DNA from: Camelus ferus
Taxonomy: Eukaryota
Assembly (NCBI RefSeq): GCF_009834535.1
Contig: NC_045696.1
Span: forward strand, 81,160,001-81,224,000
Direction of reading: 5' to 3'
DNA length: 64,000 nt
In this document: piece after piece, positions 26,298 to 38,210 of the stretch
Numbering within the stretch: position 1 is the first letter of the stretch
How the letters are laid out: every line of letters begins with the position of its first letter
Position numbers and translations under genes: made by a program
The notes under the pieces: model-generated
Databases searched by the model: none
What the model saw: only the letters and a program-made list of their open reading frames with translations
What the model was told of the DNA's origin: nothing

Positions 26298-27668
26298 CAC
26301 TAAAGAAAACAACTGATACCAAAGTCAAAGCTTTGTTGGGAAAAGGGAACATTTTCACTTTATCTGCCTTATGGCTTTCCTCCATAGCTAATTGCTGAAA
26401 TGAGAGTGAAAGGAGCTTTTTCTCAGGGGCTTTTTTTTTTACCACGTTGCAAGTCTGCATGCATGCTTGCCTCTGTGCGCACGTATGTGTGTGTATAAGG
26501 ACCAAGTGTTCAGATTGCACTTGATGTATTTTCTGAGCCATTTGGGATGGTGAAAGAGATTTGTAGAAAAATACAGTATGATCCTAGTTTTTTAAAAAAG
26601 CACATACAAAAAAATGATGAATTTCCTATATGCTTGTAAAAGGTCTGAAAGTGATAACAGTGGTTTACCCGTGGGAACTGAGAGCCGAATTGGCGAAGGG
26701 GTAGTACTTGACCTTTTTCTGAATTATTTACTTGAAAATGAGAATGATTCTTGCATTATTTGGGGAATTAAAATTAGTTAATTGTTTAATTTTAAAAATA
26801 ATGCTCATGAAGAAGTAAACACTGCCTGTTTTTCTGTGAACCTGCCAATACAGTTCATCTGTGATTTTTATTGACATTATAATCTTTTCATATCACCCTT
26901 CCTAAAATACAACTGTTGGGAAATCCCTTCATCTGTGAAAGAAGTGATAAATAGGAAGTGCTTAGATTTTGCAGGAGCAAGAATATCTTCTCAAGGGATG
27001 CTGATAATTAAAATAACATGAAAGTATAATAAAATCCCACCATCTATTATACCGTAGATCCAATGCCTATACCCAGAGCTTTAGAACACATTTCTTACTA
27101 ACACACAAAAGGACATGAAAGCAGGTGGTGTCTTTGTCCCCTGATACCTAAGTGTTTTAATAAGGTTTCACTAGGTTTTGAAAGTCTTTGGTTAAATTGG
27201 AACTGACATTTATGCTAATTAGCTGGGTTTGGGAGCTCGAAACAGGTAAAATTGAATTATAGTGGGCTCTAAATTATGTTTATTTTCAAAATGATGGCTC
27301 TGAAGAATATTTGGTTCCATTTGTCAGTTATTTCATATCTTGCTACTTATATCATTCTTTTCCTGCCTGGTGTGTTAATCTGTAATCTGAAATCTTTTTG
27401 TCTGCCTGTAATATGATAGGCTGTTTTCCCGTAGTCCATCTGTCTTCTACAGGAGGGGAAAGTTCTTTTCAGAAATGGCTCTGGTTGATATTATTAATCT
27501 TGATAAGCAGAGAAATTCCTTGCATAATTTAATAGCCAAATGGCATGAGGGGGACTTGGTATGAAAATGAATTTTTCTGTCAGCTTTAAAAATCACAGCA
27601 TGGGCAGCCTTTCATCCATGTGACTCAGATATCAAAACGCTGGATGTTTATTCTCTTTTTTTTTGCAG

Positions 27669-27693
27669 GTTTTTCTACTTTGCACCTCCTAAG
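27669..27693 (+). CDS. Candidate 25-nt frameshifting microexon (phase-2 reading xFFYFAPPK)
   Basis: Strong acceptor ttattctcttttttttgcag|G and donor AAG|gtaatg. It lies in an island without recognisable transposons, with ACTAAC at 27762. Confidence 0.55.
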
Positions 27694-28082
27694 GTAATGA
27701 GGAAACATTTAGAAAATTTGTTTACTTTTTTTTTTTCCTGTTTTAAAAAAACCCACAACAAACTAACCAGCAAAAAGAAAGCCCTTCTTGTTCTCTGAAA
27801 AAACAGATGCTGCCTTTGACCTTGGGATTTAAGGGCAAATCTATTCTTGTTTACATGTCTTGAATTTCTTGGATTTGCCAGTATGAAGGCAGCAGTTGGG
27901 AATGAGTGTTTTTGAAAGTATATGAATGATTTAAAAAAAATTAGTCTGCACAGCTGTTGCTAAAGAAATGTTTGTTCTCCCCTCTCCTTCTAGTTAACTA
28001 ATATATAGGGTTTTAACAGTTATTATTGTTATTATTATTTTGTTTTCTTTTCTACTTTTCATTGCAATGATCCTCGTTACAG

Positions 28083-28159
28083 ATGTCACAGCCTCCGGGT
28101 ATCTAGTCTTGCATCTGCCACCCTGCTTTCCTGGTGAAGGTGCCTGTGGTGGCGTATGA
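28083..28159 (+). CDS. Candidate terminal or poison exon; the three frames read MSQPPGI*, xCHSLRVSSLASATLLSW* and xVTASGYLVLHLPPCFPGEGACGGV*
   Basis: A ~60-nt AG-free, T-rich tract (28020-28080) ends in ctcgttacag|A, followed by an abrupt switch to GC-richer exon-like sequence. Stops end at 28106, 28137 and 28159. Confidence 0.5.
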
Positions 28160-28480
28160 CATGTGATTTGCAGGGTCCCACCAGTCCTCCATTTTGGATA
28201 AGGAAATACAGCCAGTCCTGTTCAGGCAAGCCAGCAGGAGTGGGAATACTAATAACCAAATATGTTTTTCCTTTCTGACACAGTCTCTTTAGAATGCGAT
28301 TTGCTTGCCCTATCTTTTGAAAAGTCATTGACAAAGGTTGCAAAAGCTTTAGAAAAAGTATGAGGACCAGGTGAAATTACTCTGCATGAAGTATGTCCAC
28401 TTGGGATTAGCATTATTTCCTTAGAAGACCACTAGCAAGTGTGTTATGATTGTTGTTTGAATCAAAACCAATAGATATGC

Positions 28481-28486
28481 ATTAAA
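28481..28486 (+). terminator. Candidate polyadenylation signal (ATTAAA)
   Basis: ATTAAA followed by T/GT-rich sequence about 400 nt downstream of the 28083 acceptor. Confidence 0.25.
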
Positions 28487-28681
28487 TATGTTTGCTTCAT
28501 TTTTCATGAATCATATATTTGGGATGGAAATCTTGATGATGAGAAACTCTTACCTTTGAGCAACAAAGAATTAAGAAGTGATTTTACCCTTTCAGATAGT
28601 GCTGAGACCAGACGTATTTTTTCCTTTTAAATATCATAAAACTCAGTCACGTCTCTTTCCACGTTACATTTTCAACTTTAG

Positions 28682-28691
28682 GAAACTGACA
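28682..28691 (+). CDS. Candidate 10-nt microexon GAAACTGACA
   Basis: Acceptor ctctttccacgttacattttcaactttag| and donor |gtgagt. Confidence 0.35.
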
Positions 28692-30661
28692 GTGAGTAGA
28701 TAAATCAATTTGTTTCCCTTCATAGATAATTTTACTGAGTTTTGTGTTTTTTTTTTAAATCTTCTGCATTTAACCTTTTATTTGTGGACTTTTTTGTTTG
28801 TTTCCTAACCATGTGTTCTAAATTTACTTTATTTTCTTAAAAAAATTAAGGGAACACATGGCAGAATAATGCACCTTTAAAGCTAGCAGTTACATTAGTT
28901 GTGGGCCATTATAGTAAAGTCCCCAATAGCAGTTTACATAATTTTATTGGTCACTCTATAGACAAAAGATAAGACCTATCAGAATGTTGTCATGGATACT
29001 TAACTAGAAAATTTAAATCAAAATATCTTTGTTCTATTAGCTCTGCCTGCTAATTAAAGAACAAGTGAGCTGCTCAGGTTATAACAGGGCAATGTGGAAG
29101 AAGCCAGGAGGCTCACAGAACGCCTCCTTTCCTCTGACTTGATTAGTAATAAGAGAGCCAATATACCAGGGAAGTCAACTTCCCCTGGGGCTGAGATTTT
29201 TTGCAGGCACTGGCAATCAAGTACTTAGTGAGTAGCCACACATTGGCTGTCATTTCCGACACTTTCAGAGTCATTGTATTCTTAAACATTTCAGGATCCC
29301 TGCAAGTTTAGGTAGGAATATAGGTTTTAAATTTCAGTATTTAGAAACTGCACCTCCTTGTAAGGAGGTATTTAAGACATCTTGCCTTCTCAAATGGATG
29401 CTTCTGGAAGGCATTGTTTGAATATCTGTTAGGGTATTTGGGATATGCAACAAGGTGGTTATAATCTTCTGGAGAATTTCTTAATGATCTTTTCAGGGCA
29501 TTTTTCTTATTAACTTCTGATACTTTAAGGAAGGTCCCAGTGCTTTTCATTGAATGCCTTGAGAAACTGAAGACTATAAAGGAGTTTTAAGAAACTTAAT
29601 TCTCTAACCAACTATTCAGAAATCCATTTTATTGATTCAGGAATCCAAGATAAATGTTTAAAATTTGTTTATCCAAGCAAACAATTACCTAGTCAACCAA
29701 CTAACTAGCCAACAAACCAGCCAACCAACCAACTTCACTGAGTAGCTTATCTTGAAACTCTTTCCTAAAACCTTCCCAAAGCTTTTGTTTTTTTTTTTAA
29801 ACAATTCCAAGAAAGGATGGTAAAAAATGTGTTTTATAAACCATAATTGTTAGATTTGTTAATTTATCAATAATGGGAAAAAAAGCCCTATCTATCATTT
29901 TAACATGTCTTCATGCTAATTTTTTCCTGAAGTCTGATTAGCAATCAACTGTAGAGAATTCTTGCCCAACAGTGGTAACGTTTTCTAAAGTACAATGTTA
30001 ATTTTTGGAGTCCATTAGAATGAAATACATTGTGTAAATGCTTAAACTAAGATTTCTTAATTTAAGAGTTTATAAAAGAAGCCTAGAGCATTTTAGAATT
30101 TGCTTTTTTCAGTTAAAATATTTTTGGTCTTTTGGCAAAAGGATAAAAAGTCCCTAGGCTATGTGAGAAACTACAATTTAAAAATAATTAGCTTTGAAGG
30201 GTTATTCTTCTCTGTCTTTCTTTGAGTAAGAACATGACTAGAAGATTTAGGAGAATAGGTTAGAATAGGAAATTTACAATATTTCTTAATAAGAACTAGA
30301 TTATGCATAAAATAGTTACTGACTTAAAATTTTTTTTGCTTTAGATTTCTCTAAACCTTTCTATGTCCACCTAAACTTAATCTTTTAAAACAGAAATTTA
30401 GGAACATTAGCAACTAAAACTTGGTATTTTGGAAAATAATTACTTGGACTCAGTGTTTGAGATGTATGTGTTTTTCCATGGGTTAAATTATGCTATGCCT
30501 GTATTTTGACTAGACATTAAATAATAGAAATACTTATAGTAAATAATTTTACAGATTTTTTTACAACACTGGAGTACAATCACTAACCTGTTTCCAAAGA
30601 TACTTTAATCCTTTCATAAGTCCAGGTTTAGGCCAAATCATGTAGCAGGAAAAAGCACAGG

Positions 30662-31093
30662 TTTTATTTTTTATTTTTTTAAATTGAAGTTCAGTTGATT
30701 TACAATGTTATGTTAGTTTCTGGTGTACAGCATAGTGATTTAGTTATACATAATAAATATATATATTCTTTTTCATACTCTTCGTTATAGATTTTTACGA
30801 GATATTGAATGTAGTTCCCTGGGCTATACAATACGACCTTGTTGTTTATTTTATTTTATTTATTTATTTTTATTGACATATAGCCAGTTTACAATGTTGT
30901 GTCAATTTCTGGTGTATACAGCATAGTGTTTCAGTCATACATGTACATACTTTTTTTTCATTATAGGTTACTACAGATATTGGATATAGTTCCCTATGCT
31001 ATACGGTAGAAACTTATTGTATATCTATTTTATGTATAGTAGTTTGTATCTGCTAATCCAAACTCCTACTTTATCCCATCCCCTCTTTCCCCT
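30662..31093 (-). mobile_element. Two tandem or nested artiodactyl-type L1 3' ends
   Basis: The motif tttacaatgtt..tttctggtgta..cagcatagtg..tagttccct..gctatac occurs twice (about 30680 and 30870), each preceded by a poly-T or (TTTA)n tail. Confidence 0.85.
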
Positions 31094-32559
31094 GTGGAAT
31101 AAGCATAGGCTTTAGATGGAGACAGACCTAGCTCAAACCTAAGCCTCTTGTTAATTAGCTATTTAAACCCTCTGATGCTCAAGAATTATATGCTTTCTGA
31201 ATGTTGGAGACTATATATACTAGGAATAAGTATCTGGCAGGTTACTGTCTGGTGGGAGAAGTAGACTCATAGGCATAATTTTAACGTATGGGGTGGATAT
31301 GCTCAAGGTGGAGAAATGCGCTCTGAGTGCCGTGGAGTTGGGACACCGCCTGCCTGGCAGCTCACATTAATTGGGCATCTAACTGTGTGCTTGGCCCAGG
31401 GCTAGGACTTGAATACCAGCGTGACAGGTGAACACAGTCCTGACCCTTCTGGCGTCTTGTAGCCTAAGTAACAAAGAGATGACTGTAATTTAGCAATTCT
31501 GGGGCCTACCTTCCAGGGTTTGTGAGGATGTGAGTTTTCTTTCTACTTCGTGCCATCTTCATCCTGCTCACTCAGGCCCTCTCCACGCACCCAGTCCCCC
31601 ATCTGCCTAAGCAGAACTTGCTGGTTGGGACAGATTCTCTTTGGGTAGCTGTTTCTCTTGGTTAATGGTTCCACATTGTGAATCCCTTTACAGGTGGATG
31701 GCTGAATGCTTCTTTCCGATAATGTTTGCGTTATTACCAAAGACCTATGGAGGATCAAGACCATAAATAAATCTTTCTTCATTTGGCAGAGTTTCAGCCA
31801 CTGAACAGATCTCCACAGATAACTGGGGTGTCTCCTTCAGGTCCCACCATAATGGTGCCTGGCTGCTCTCCAGATGTCAGTGGTAAGATGTGGGGTTCCT
31901 GGTGCTTCAGGGAGAGAATAACAGATGGTAACCCCACTCCTCCTCCAATGTGAATGTTATTGGTCTGTGGGCTTGCCAAGCTCAAATGGAAACCAGAAAA
32001 AATCAGTCTTGATTCAGAAGTTGGACTGCTTTGCTACAGGTGAAAGGTCTTATTACTTTGATAGAAAATCTGTCTTTCCCTGGGCTTTAAATTCCGGGTT
32101 ACTGTTCTGAGAAGATTCTGTGACATCATCCTATTTAAGTACTTTTCAGATAGGATCTTTTAATTATAAAAGATATATAATTATGTAATTTATATAATAG
32201 AACAATGCATATGATATACATGATATAATTAATTAATAACTGTGAAATGTAATCACATACGTGCAGCCCTTAGTTCTTTAGGTGAATAAGTGCATAGTAG
32301 ATGCTCAGGTAAATATAAAATACTCCTTGTAGTAATGTAAGATCTATCAGGCAAGAGGATAAAGAAGGAACACAGGCAAGAATCATTTCTATGTATTTTT
32401 TCCTTTTGAAGCACAGGTAGAATTGCATCATTTTCCTTCTCAACGAAGATCAGTGGCATCTTATTGCACTCAGAATAGCCTGTGCTCAGAGGCCTCTATC
32501 AGCTGCCTTTCATCTGCTTTTCATCCCAAATATTTCCACATCCTTTTGGTTGCCTTTAT

Positions 32560-33045
32560 CTGGTCTATTAGTTGTTTCCCTAAAGACCACGCTTTATGTC
32601 TCTGGGCCTTTGCTCATACTGTTTGGTCAGTAGAGGATAAATTTTCCTCCTTATTCATTTATAAGGTCTTCCTAATCCCACAAGACTGAGTTCAATGCCT
32701 TCTCTTTCATGAAAACTTCCACAGTCCTACTAATCAGAATCAATTATTTCTTCCCCTCTGTTCCTCATTGTGGGCCTTTTGTGTGCATCACTGTTACCTG
32801 CATAGGCTTCTCTTACTCCTCCTTGTAGTTAATTAATGAATTCATTTATCCATCCATTCCTTCAACAGTTATTTCTTGAAAGCTTGCTGGCGTTGCACAA
32901 GGAGATGAGGGTCTAATAGGGAGCAGAAAACAGACATGGTGCCTGTGCTCTGGGAGCTTACAGTCTTCAGGTGGAGATGGGCAGTGAAGACACAGTGAAA
33001 CCCACAGAGTTAAAACTGCAGCTGTGATAAGAGCAAGGAAGGTAG
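32560..33045. mobile_element. L2 fragments (+ strand, then a - strand 3' end at about 32838-33045)
   Basis: gcctttgctcatactgtt; cattccttcaacagttatttcttga..cagacatggtgcctgtgctctgggagcttacagtct. Confidence 0.7.
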
Positions 33046-33164
33046 AGAGATTTGTGTATCTTTCTGTCTATACCACAGTTTCCTTAATGTCAGGGATAGC
33101 CTCTTGCTTGGTGTGGAGAAGGCAGATAAAGCAGCTATGGCCCTGTTGTGGGGTATATGCTCTC

Positions 33165-33610
33165 TGTTGTGATGAATTTGTGTCCCTCAAAAAAATATGT
33201 GGAAGTCCTAACCCCTAGTACCTCTGAATATGACTTTATTAGGAAATAGGGTCTTTGCAGATATAATCAATTTAAGTTGAGGTCATACCTGATCAGGGTG
33301 GGCCATAATCCAATACGGCTGATGTCCAGTAAGAAGAGGAGAAAAGACAGGTATAGGGGAGAAAGCCATGGGAGGCAGAGGCAGAGATGGGAGTGATGAG
33401 TTTACAAGCCAAGGAACTGCCTAGAAGTGGCCATAGCCAACAAAAGCTGGAAGAGAGTCAGGGAACAGATTCTCCCTCAGAATCTCCAGAAGGAACCAAC
33501 TCTGGTGACATCTGGATTTTGGACTTCTAGCCTCCACAACTGTGAAAACAAATTTTTGTTGTTTTAGGCCACCCAGATAGGGGGTTATGGCCCCCTAGGA
33601 AATGACTGTG
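33165..33610 (+). mobile_element. MLT1C-like MaLR solo LTR
   Basis: gaagtcctaacccctagtacctctgaatatgac..ggaaatagggtctttgcagat and gattctccctcagaatctccagaaggaaccaac, with a perfect 5-bp TSD CTCTC (33160-33164 / 33611-33615). Confidence 0.92.
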
Positions 33611-35649
33611 CTCTCCTAGAGGGAAGTTCATATGAATTAGTGCCCAGTGCACTAAAGTTTGGGTAAATGAATGAATGTGGATGAATGAATGAGTGAATAA
33701 ATAGAGTATTGTGTGTTTACTCTTCAATGCTAGAAGACCAGGGTGAGTTCAGGATATTTTTTATCTTCCACCTCTCTTTTAGGAGTGAAAAATGTGGATT
33801 CACAGTTAACAACATCATCATCTGTTTAGGAGACTGAACCGAATTACTTAATTGCCCTCAGGGCTCTGTCATTAGAAATAAAGCTCTGTTTTTTTATCAC
33901 TGTGGCTAGTGAGGGCGTTTTAAAAAAGCTAAAATCACTAAATGTTGAAATAGTAACTCTTCTCCTTCTCCCTCCAGCGTAGAATCTTACTTCTTGTGTC
34001 TCCGGCCTCTGCTTCCTCAGGCAGTTTGTGTTTGGCCCTCTAGTTGAATGGCTTACTTTCAGATAAAGCAGCAATTATACTTTTTTGTTTTTGGTTGTTG
34101 TTAATGGTTGTTAGAATTTATGTTCTATTTTATATTTTCAGAGCATTTTACAGTTGTTGCTTGTGTTCCCTAGTGCTCAGGGATTCTTGACGTTTTACTT
34201 TTTTTCCTTTGTTTGTTTGTGAAGGAAAAGCAATGAAAGGACTGCTGTGTGCCTTGACAAGGAGAGCTATGCTAATTAGATGTTTATTACTCTGAGGTGC
34301 TAGCCCCCTTCTTCTGCCTGGAGGCCTGTCAATTCCTGCCTTCTCACTCTTAATCCATCACGATGCCAACTCTGTAAAGCTTCCAGGACCTCCTCAATTC
34401 TCACAAATCTGCGTTTCACTTTATTCTGTGACGTTTTGTCAACCAAACCCTCCCAATGGGCATGCAGGAACCATCTCTTGAATGAGTGATTAAATAAATG
34501 AGTAAATGAATGAATGAAATTCCTAGAGCTAACTAAGGCTGGGAATTCCCGGTTAGCGTTTCCCATTTTCTATGTCTAAGACCAGAACCATGAAACTCTG
34601 CAGTGAGTCCCTAAGCAAGTCACAGAGGGGCAGGAGCAGGATGGCAGTGCCAGCTTGGAGAACTTTCAGGACAGTCTTTAGCTCTACATGGATCTCCTGG
34701 TCTTGTCGTCCATGAAGAGTTGAGTCAGATATATTCACAGGCTCTCCTCTTGAGGCCACTGCTCAGAGGTGCCAGCCAAAGGTCTCAGGGTCACAGCCAG
34801 ATGTGGCAGGCCATGTCAACCATTGTGGCTCTTAGCACAGAGGGATAAGGCTGAAGGGGAGAGTCGGCTAATCTAGAAATCTGATGCCTGATGTCTACAA
34901 ACTGTGTTAAGGGATGGGGTTGTCAGATGACAACAGCAACAGAGACACAGCAATCCCTCAACCTCCGGAGAGTGTGGCCTGTTTTCCTCGTGTTCTGTAC
35001 TTTTCACCTATGTATCTGTGTTTATGAACAGCCTGTTATATGGCGCAAAGCACTCAGCATTTATGCAGCACCTAAAACACTCAGGATAGGAATGTTTAAG
35101 TCAGCCTGCAGCCGTGTCTTCCTCCATGTACCCCGCTCCCACCCCAGCACTCTCTTTATAGCCTCCCTTGGGTCAGATTATGGTGCGTATATCTAATGAA
35201 GACCAGTTCCCGGAATTGTGGTGCAGATCATGGTACAGCACCAACAGAAAATAATAGTCTTTGAGCAGTCAGTTGTGTACAGTAAATGATTTATCGGAGG
35301 GAATGCATTTTCAGAGAGAATTTCTTATCGTGTTTATTCTCAAGATTAGGATGGTGGGATTGCAGCTCTCAGGGTGATAGATCTGCTCTCTATGTGTTTT
35401 TCTTCATTGTTTAAATGTTGAGACCATGTTTTTCCCACTTCTCTTCAAAGCCAGAACCCTCCTTTGAGGAAACATGGCTATATGTTTATTATTTCACAAT
35501 ACATTAACCTTTTATTATTATTATTATTAGTGAACTTCACACCATTGAAATTATTTTTATGCACAAGAATACTCTCTTTATGGCTATATCCATCCAACGA
35601 CAAAAGGAGCAATTAACAGATTTTATTTTCTAGGATTGGTAGGTAAGGA

Positions 35650-35812
35650 AAACAGGAGTAAGCTGTTTCTGGGACCCTCTCTGCCACTCGGTCTATGTGT
35701 CCTCTATCAAGTCACCTCATCTCTCACATCCACAATTTTCCTAATCTTTAAAACAAGCAAGATGAAGTTGAGGATCTCTAAATCCCTTTCCAGTTCTACT
35801 GTTCTGTGATTT
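35650..35812 (+). mobile_element. MIR3 SINE
   Basis: ctctgccact..caagtcacctcatctctc..gatctctaaatccctttccagttctactgttctgtgatt tail. Confidence 0.75.
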
Positions 35813-37494
35813 TTAGCTTTATGGAATTCTAACTTTTGGGGTTTTTTCTGTAACTTAAAGTTGACAAATAGTACCACCAATCATGACAAAGATAAATTTT
35901 TTCAAAATTAGACAACCTGGAATCCTTAGAAGCAATATTCCTGGCTTTGAATTTATAAACTACCTGCTGGTAAAAATCTCTTGAGTCATTTCTAAACATT
36001 TGTATTCTTACTTCCTTCATTTTCAAAACACTGTCTCCATGATTGCAAAGTGATTTACCTGGGAATGTAATCTTGTATTCGCAGCAGCATGCTGGGAGCA
36101 TTCGGGATCCACATGGAGAAGTTAAGCACACACAGATCTTGAAGGTCAGAAGTACATTTAATAGCATCCGTGGTGCAGTCTTCTCATCTTTAAACATTAG
36201 TAACTGCCATGAATACTCAAGGAAGTGCCCCCTGTGGGAGCTGCTGGGCTACGGCCATAAACCAGAATTCAGGAATATGAATCTCGTGAAAGCCAGAGTA
36301 GTGAGTGTAGCAGAGACACACAGGTGATGCTAAAGAAATAATGAACTGGGCATTGTGCCATTCCTGCTGAAAAAAAGTGGGACAGTTTCTTAAGTTTCAA
36401 TACCATATACGAAGGAAACTCATAGGTTTACTGGATACATTTTAGAAATTTGAAAATTGACAATGAAACAGAAAGGAGATCCCAGTTAAAAGAAGAATCC
36501 TGGCACAAACAGTTGAAAGCATTCAGTTAAGGAGATCTTCTGACCCACTGGATACCCGCCAAGAACAGGGCAATTTGGGCAAACACGTCCCAGGTGGTTT
36601 GTGTCTGTAGCAGTTAAATCCTCTGAATGGCTTCAGCTTTCTGGGACCCATCACAGAGTGGCTGTTCTGGATAGTCAAGCTACCACTCTCTGGTTCCAAC
36701 TTTTTTTTTAATTTGAAAATGGGAATATTTAAAATGCTACATGCTACATACTACATCCAGTTACATAGATCTTATTATAAAAATAACATTTTCTGATAAT
36801 TTTGGAAGAAGAAACAAAATCTGGAAGGAATTCCCAACTGGTAGTCCCACTATTCAGGTATAAGCTTTTATTACCCTTTTGATGTGTTTCCTTCTAATCT
36901 TTTTTAAACGCATATTTAAAACATAGAACATATATAATTATGCACACATTTTAAAATTCAGATATGCCAAGCATTATCAGGCCTTTTTGGATCTGGAGTG
37001 GCCCTTAGGGACAGCTGAGAGGTGTAGATCAATGCTAAAATGTCTCCCCCACCTCTTCCTCTCCCCACGGCCCAGTGGGTGGTGGTGGGCAGGTAGCTTC
37101 CTGAGGAAGGGCTGGACCCCCGGAGACACCCTGCCCATGGTGCGTGGGCACCATCTCTCGCCATCGGAAAGTCACACGCACTCTTGGGGGCTTTGGCACT
37201 TCCTGGCCTTGCATGTATGTTATTTGCTGAAATCCTTCCTGCCCCTTCCCACCCAGCTATAAAAATCGAGGTGGCTAAGCTTTTGCTTATCTAAATTACA
37301 ACAAAATATAAATGATGAGTTTTGTTTTCAAAATTTCTTTGTAAAGAAAAGATATCTGTTATCTTGTTGTACTTAACATAACTTGTTAAAATCACGGGGG
37401 CTGGAGGGGGGAAGCCAGGGGAAGAATGTTTGGAGAACCTTAACAAGCACTATTTCTGGGTCAGCTGGGGTCAAGTGACACGTTTGGTTGTTGG

Positions 37495-37962
37495 TGTCGA
37501 CTCAAAAAAAATGCGCAACTTGAGAGCTGTGAGTTAAGTTGTATTTGGGGCAAAATGAGGATTATAGCCCCGGGGGACAGCCTCTCAGATAGCTCTGAGG
37601 AACTGCTTCCGAGAGGTGAGGGGGAAGGTCAGTATTGCATGTGATTTTGGTGAAGGGGGTTACGAGCAGTCAAGACACATTTTGGCAGAGGCTTGCTGCC
37701 AATCACGAGGAGCAGATGTCTCTGTTAATGATTTTAGGGCTTTTCTAGATATGAGAAGATGCAAGGAACTGGGCTCACAAAATCTTCACCTGAAACTGTC
37801 TATCTGCAGGCCTGTTCTGCCAGTTTTTCCCAGAATACAGAGTGCCTCATTCCTGATCTCAGCCCTGAACTCTTTTCAGGGGCTGTTGAAGGTCAGCGAC
37901 TGAAGTGGCTAGTGACTTCATTCTTGTAGAACCAGATGGCAAGTGATAATTTTTAGTTGGCA
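37495..37962 (-). mobile_element. ERV1-class solo LTR (LTR39/MER39-like, 468 bp)
   Basis: TG...CA termini and a near-TSD TTGG/TTGA. Internal gacagcctctcagatagctctgaggaactgct and ccctgaactcttttcagggg. Confidence 0.8.
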
Positions 37963-37998
37963 TTGAGAAGATTCTTGATATTAAGAGATTGCTTCCAG

Positions 37999-38210
37999 GA
38001 GGCAGCCTAGTATAGGGGAACCAGCAGAAGTGTTGGAATCAGATGGAACTGGAATTGAATGCTAGTTTGCCTTTACTTCTCTGGGTGATCTTGAGCATGT
38101 TATCGAACTATTATGAGCATCTATGGACCACAGATGGTGAGGCATACCTCCCAGATGGTTAGGGAGCTGAAATAAAAATATATGTGGCACATAGTAGGTG
38201 CTTACTAGGG
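37999..38210 (+). mobile_element. MIR SINE
   Basis: gaggcagcctagtatag..ggaatcagatggaactgg..tggcacatagtaggtgctta. Confidence 0.75.
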
